DNA of 64,000 nucleotides from an uncultured Clostridia bacterium (GTDB taxonomy: Bacteria > Bacillota > Clostridia > Christensenellales > UBA1242): assembly GCA_934772045.1 (NCBI GenBank), contig CAKVMH010000004.1, positions 7,491 to 71,490 on the forward strand, given 5' to 3'. Below the pieces are notes generated by a model, which saw nothing but the letters and a program-made list of their open reading frames with translations, was not told the origin of the DNA and made no database searches. Positions 63,959 to 64,000 of this stretch are shown in pieces. The translations under genes and the position numbers were made by a program. Position 1 is the first letter of the stretch; each line of letters opens with the position of its first letter.

Positions 63959-64000
63959 ATGAACATTGTTTTGGACAAAGTTAAGCGCCTGCCAAATGAC
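63959..64000 (+). CDS. 5' end of an ORF running off the window (N-terminus faintly UvrC-like)
   Basis: MNIVLDKVKRLPND recalls the UvrC N-terminal L-K-x-L-P-x-x-PGVY pattern, but only 14 codons are visible. Confidence 0.3.
   Translation, partial: MNIVLDKVKRLPND

Overview
AT-rich chromosomal segment with Firmicutes/Bacillota-type core synteny: addA 3' part; mrnC-rlmB-sigH-dnaX-ybaB-recR; secA; Rrf2-nifS-nifU; tRNA-Ala and tRNA-Ile without rRNA; rubrerythrin; hflX; a stand-alone rpoB-rpoC operon; rsmI / yabB-like MTase / ricT(yaaT) / holB; greA; PHP-whiA-dnaE; murB. TGA acts as a stop codon, so the code is standard (11). Between the core genes are envelope and surface genes: three PlsC-like acyltransferases with two GT8 glycosyltransferases, a lipoprotein with a Listeria-Bacteroides repeat, a 1296-aa Ig-repeat surface protein, and a membrane-anchored GT80 sialyltransferase-like protein preceded by a G10 tract. 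There are also many small orphan ORFs. I saw no CRISPR array, transposase, integrase, reverse transcriptase, rRNA or recognisable defence operon. The most unusual signal is structural. At 10 or more loci, a short segment containing the terminus of a gene is repeated in tandem or near-tandem in the adjacent intergenic DNA. The repeated segment is a 3' end plus stop, an SD plus start plus first codons, or a tRNA half. Four unrelated arrays share an ~81-84 bp period. Other notable points are a well-translated 79-aa ORF between rpoB and rpoC, three SD-equipped 6-codon mini-ORFs ahead of the PHP-whiA-dnaE operon, four genes with a leaderless-type promoter/ATG geometry, a 24%-Cys tiny hydrophobic peptide, and an orphan HicB-like gene pair. 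All coordinates, periods and identities were read by eye. No searches were run, and all family calls rest on recalled motifs.
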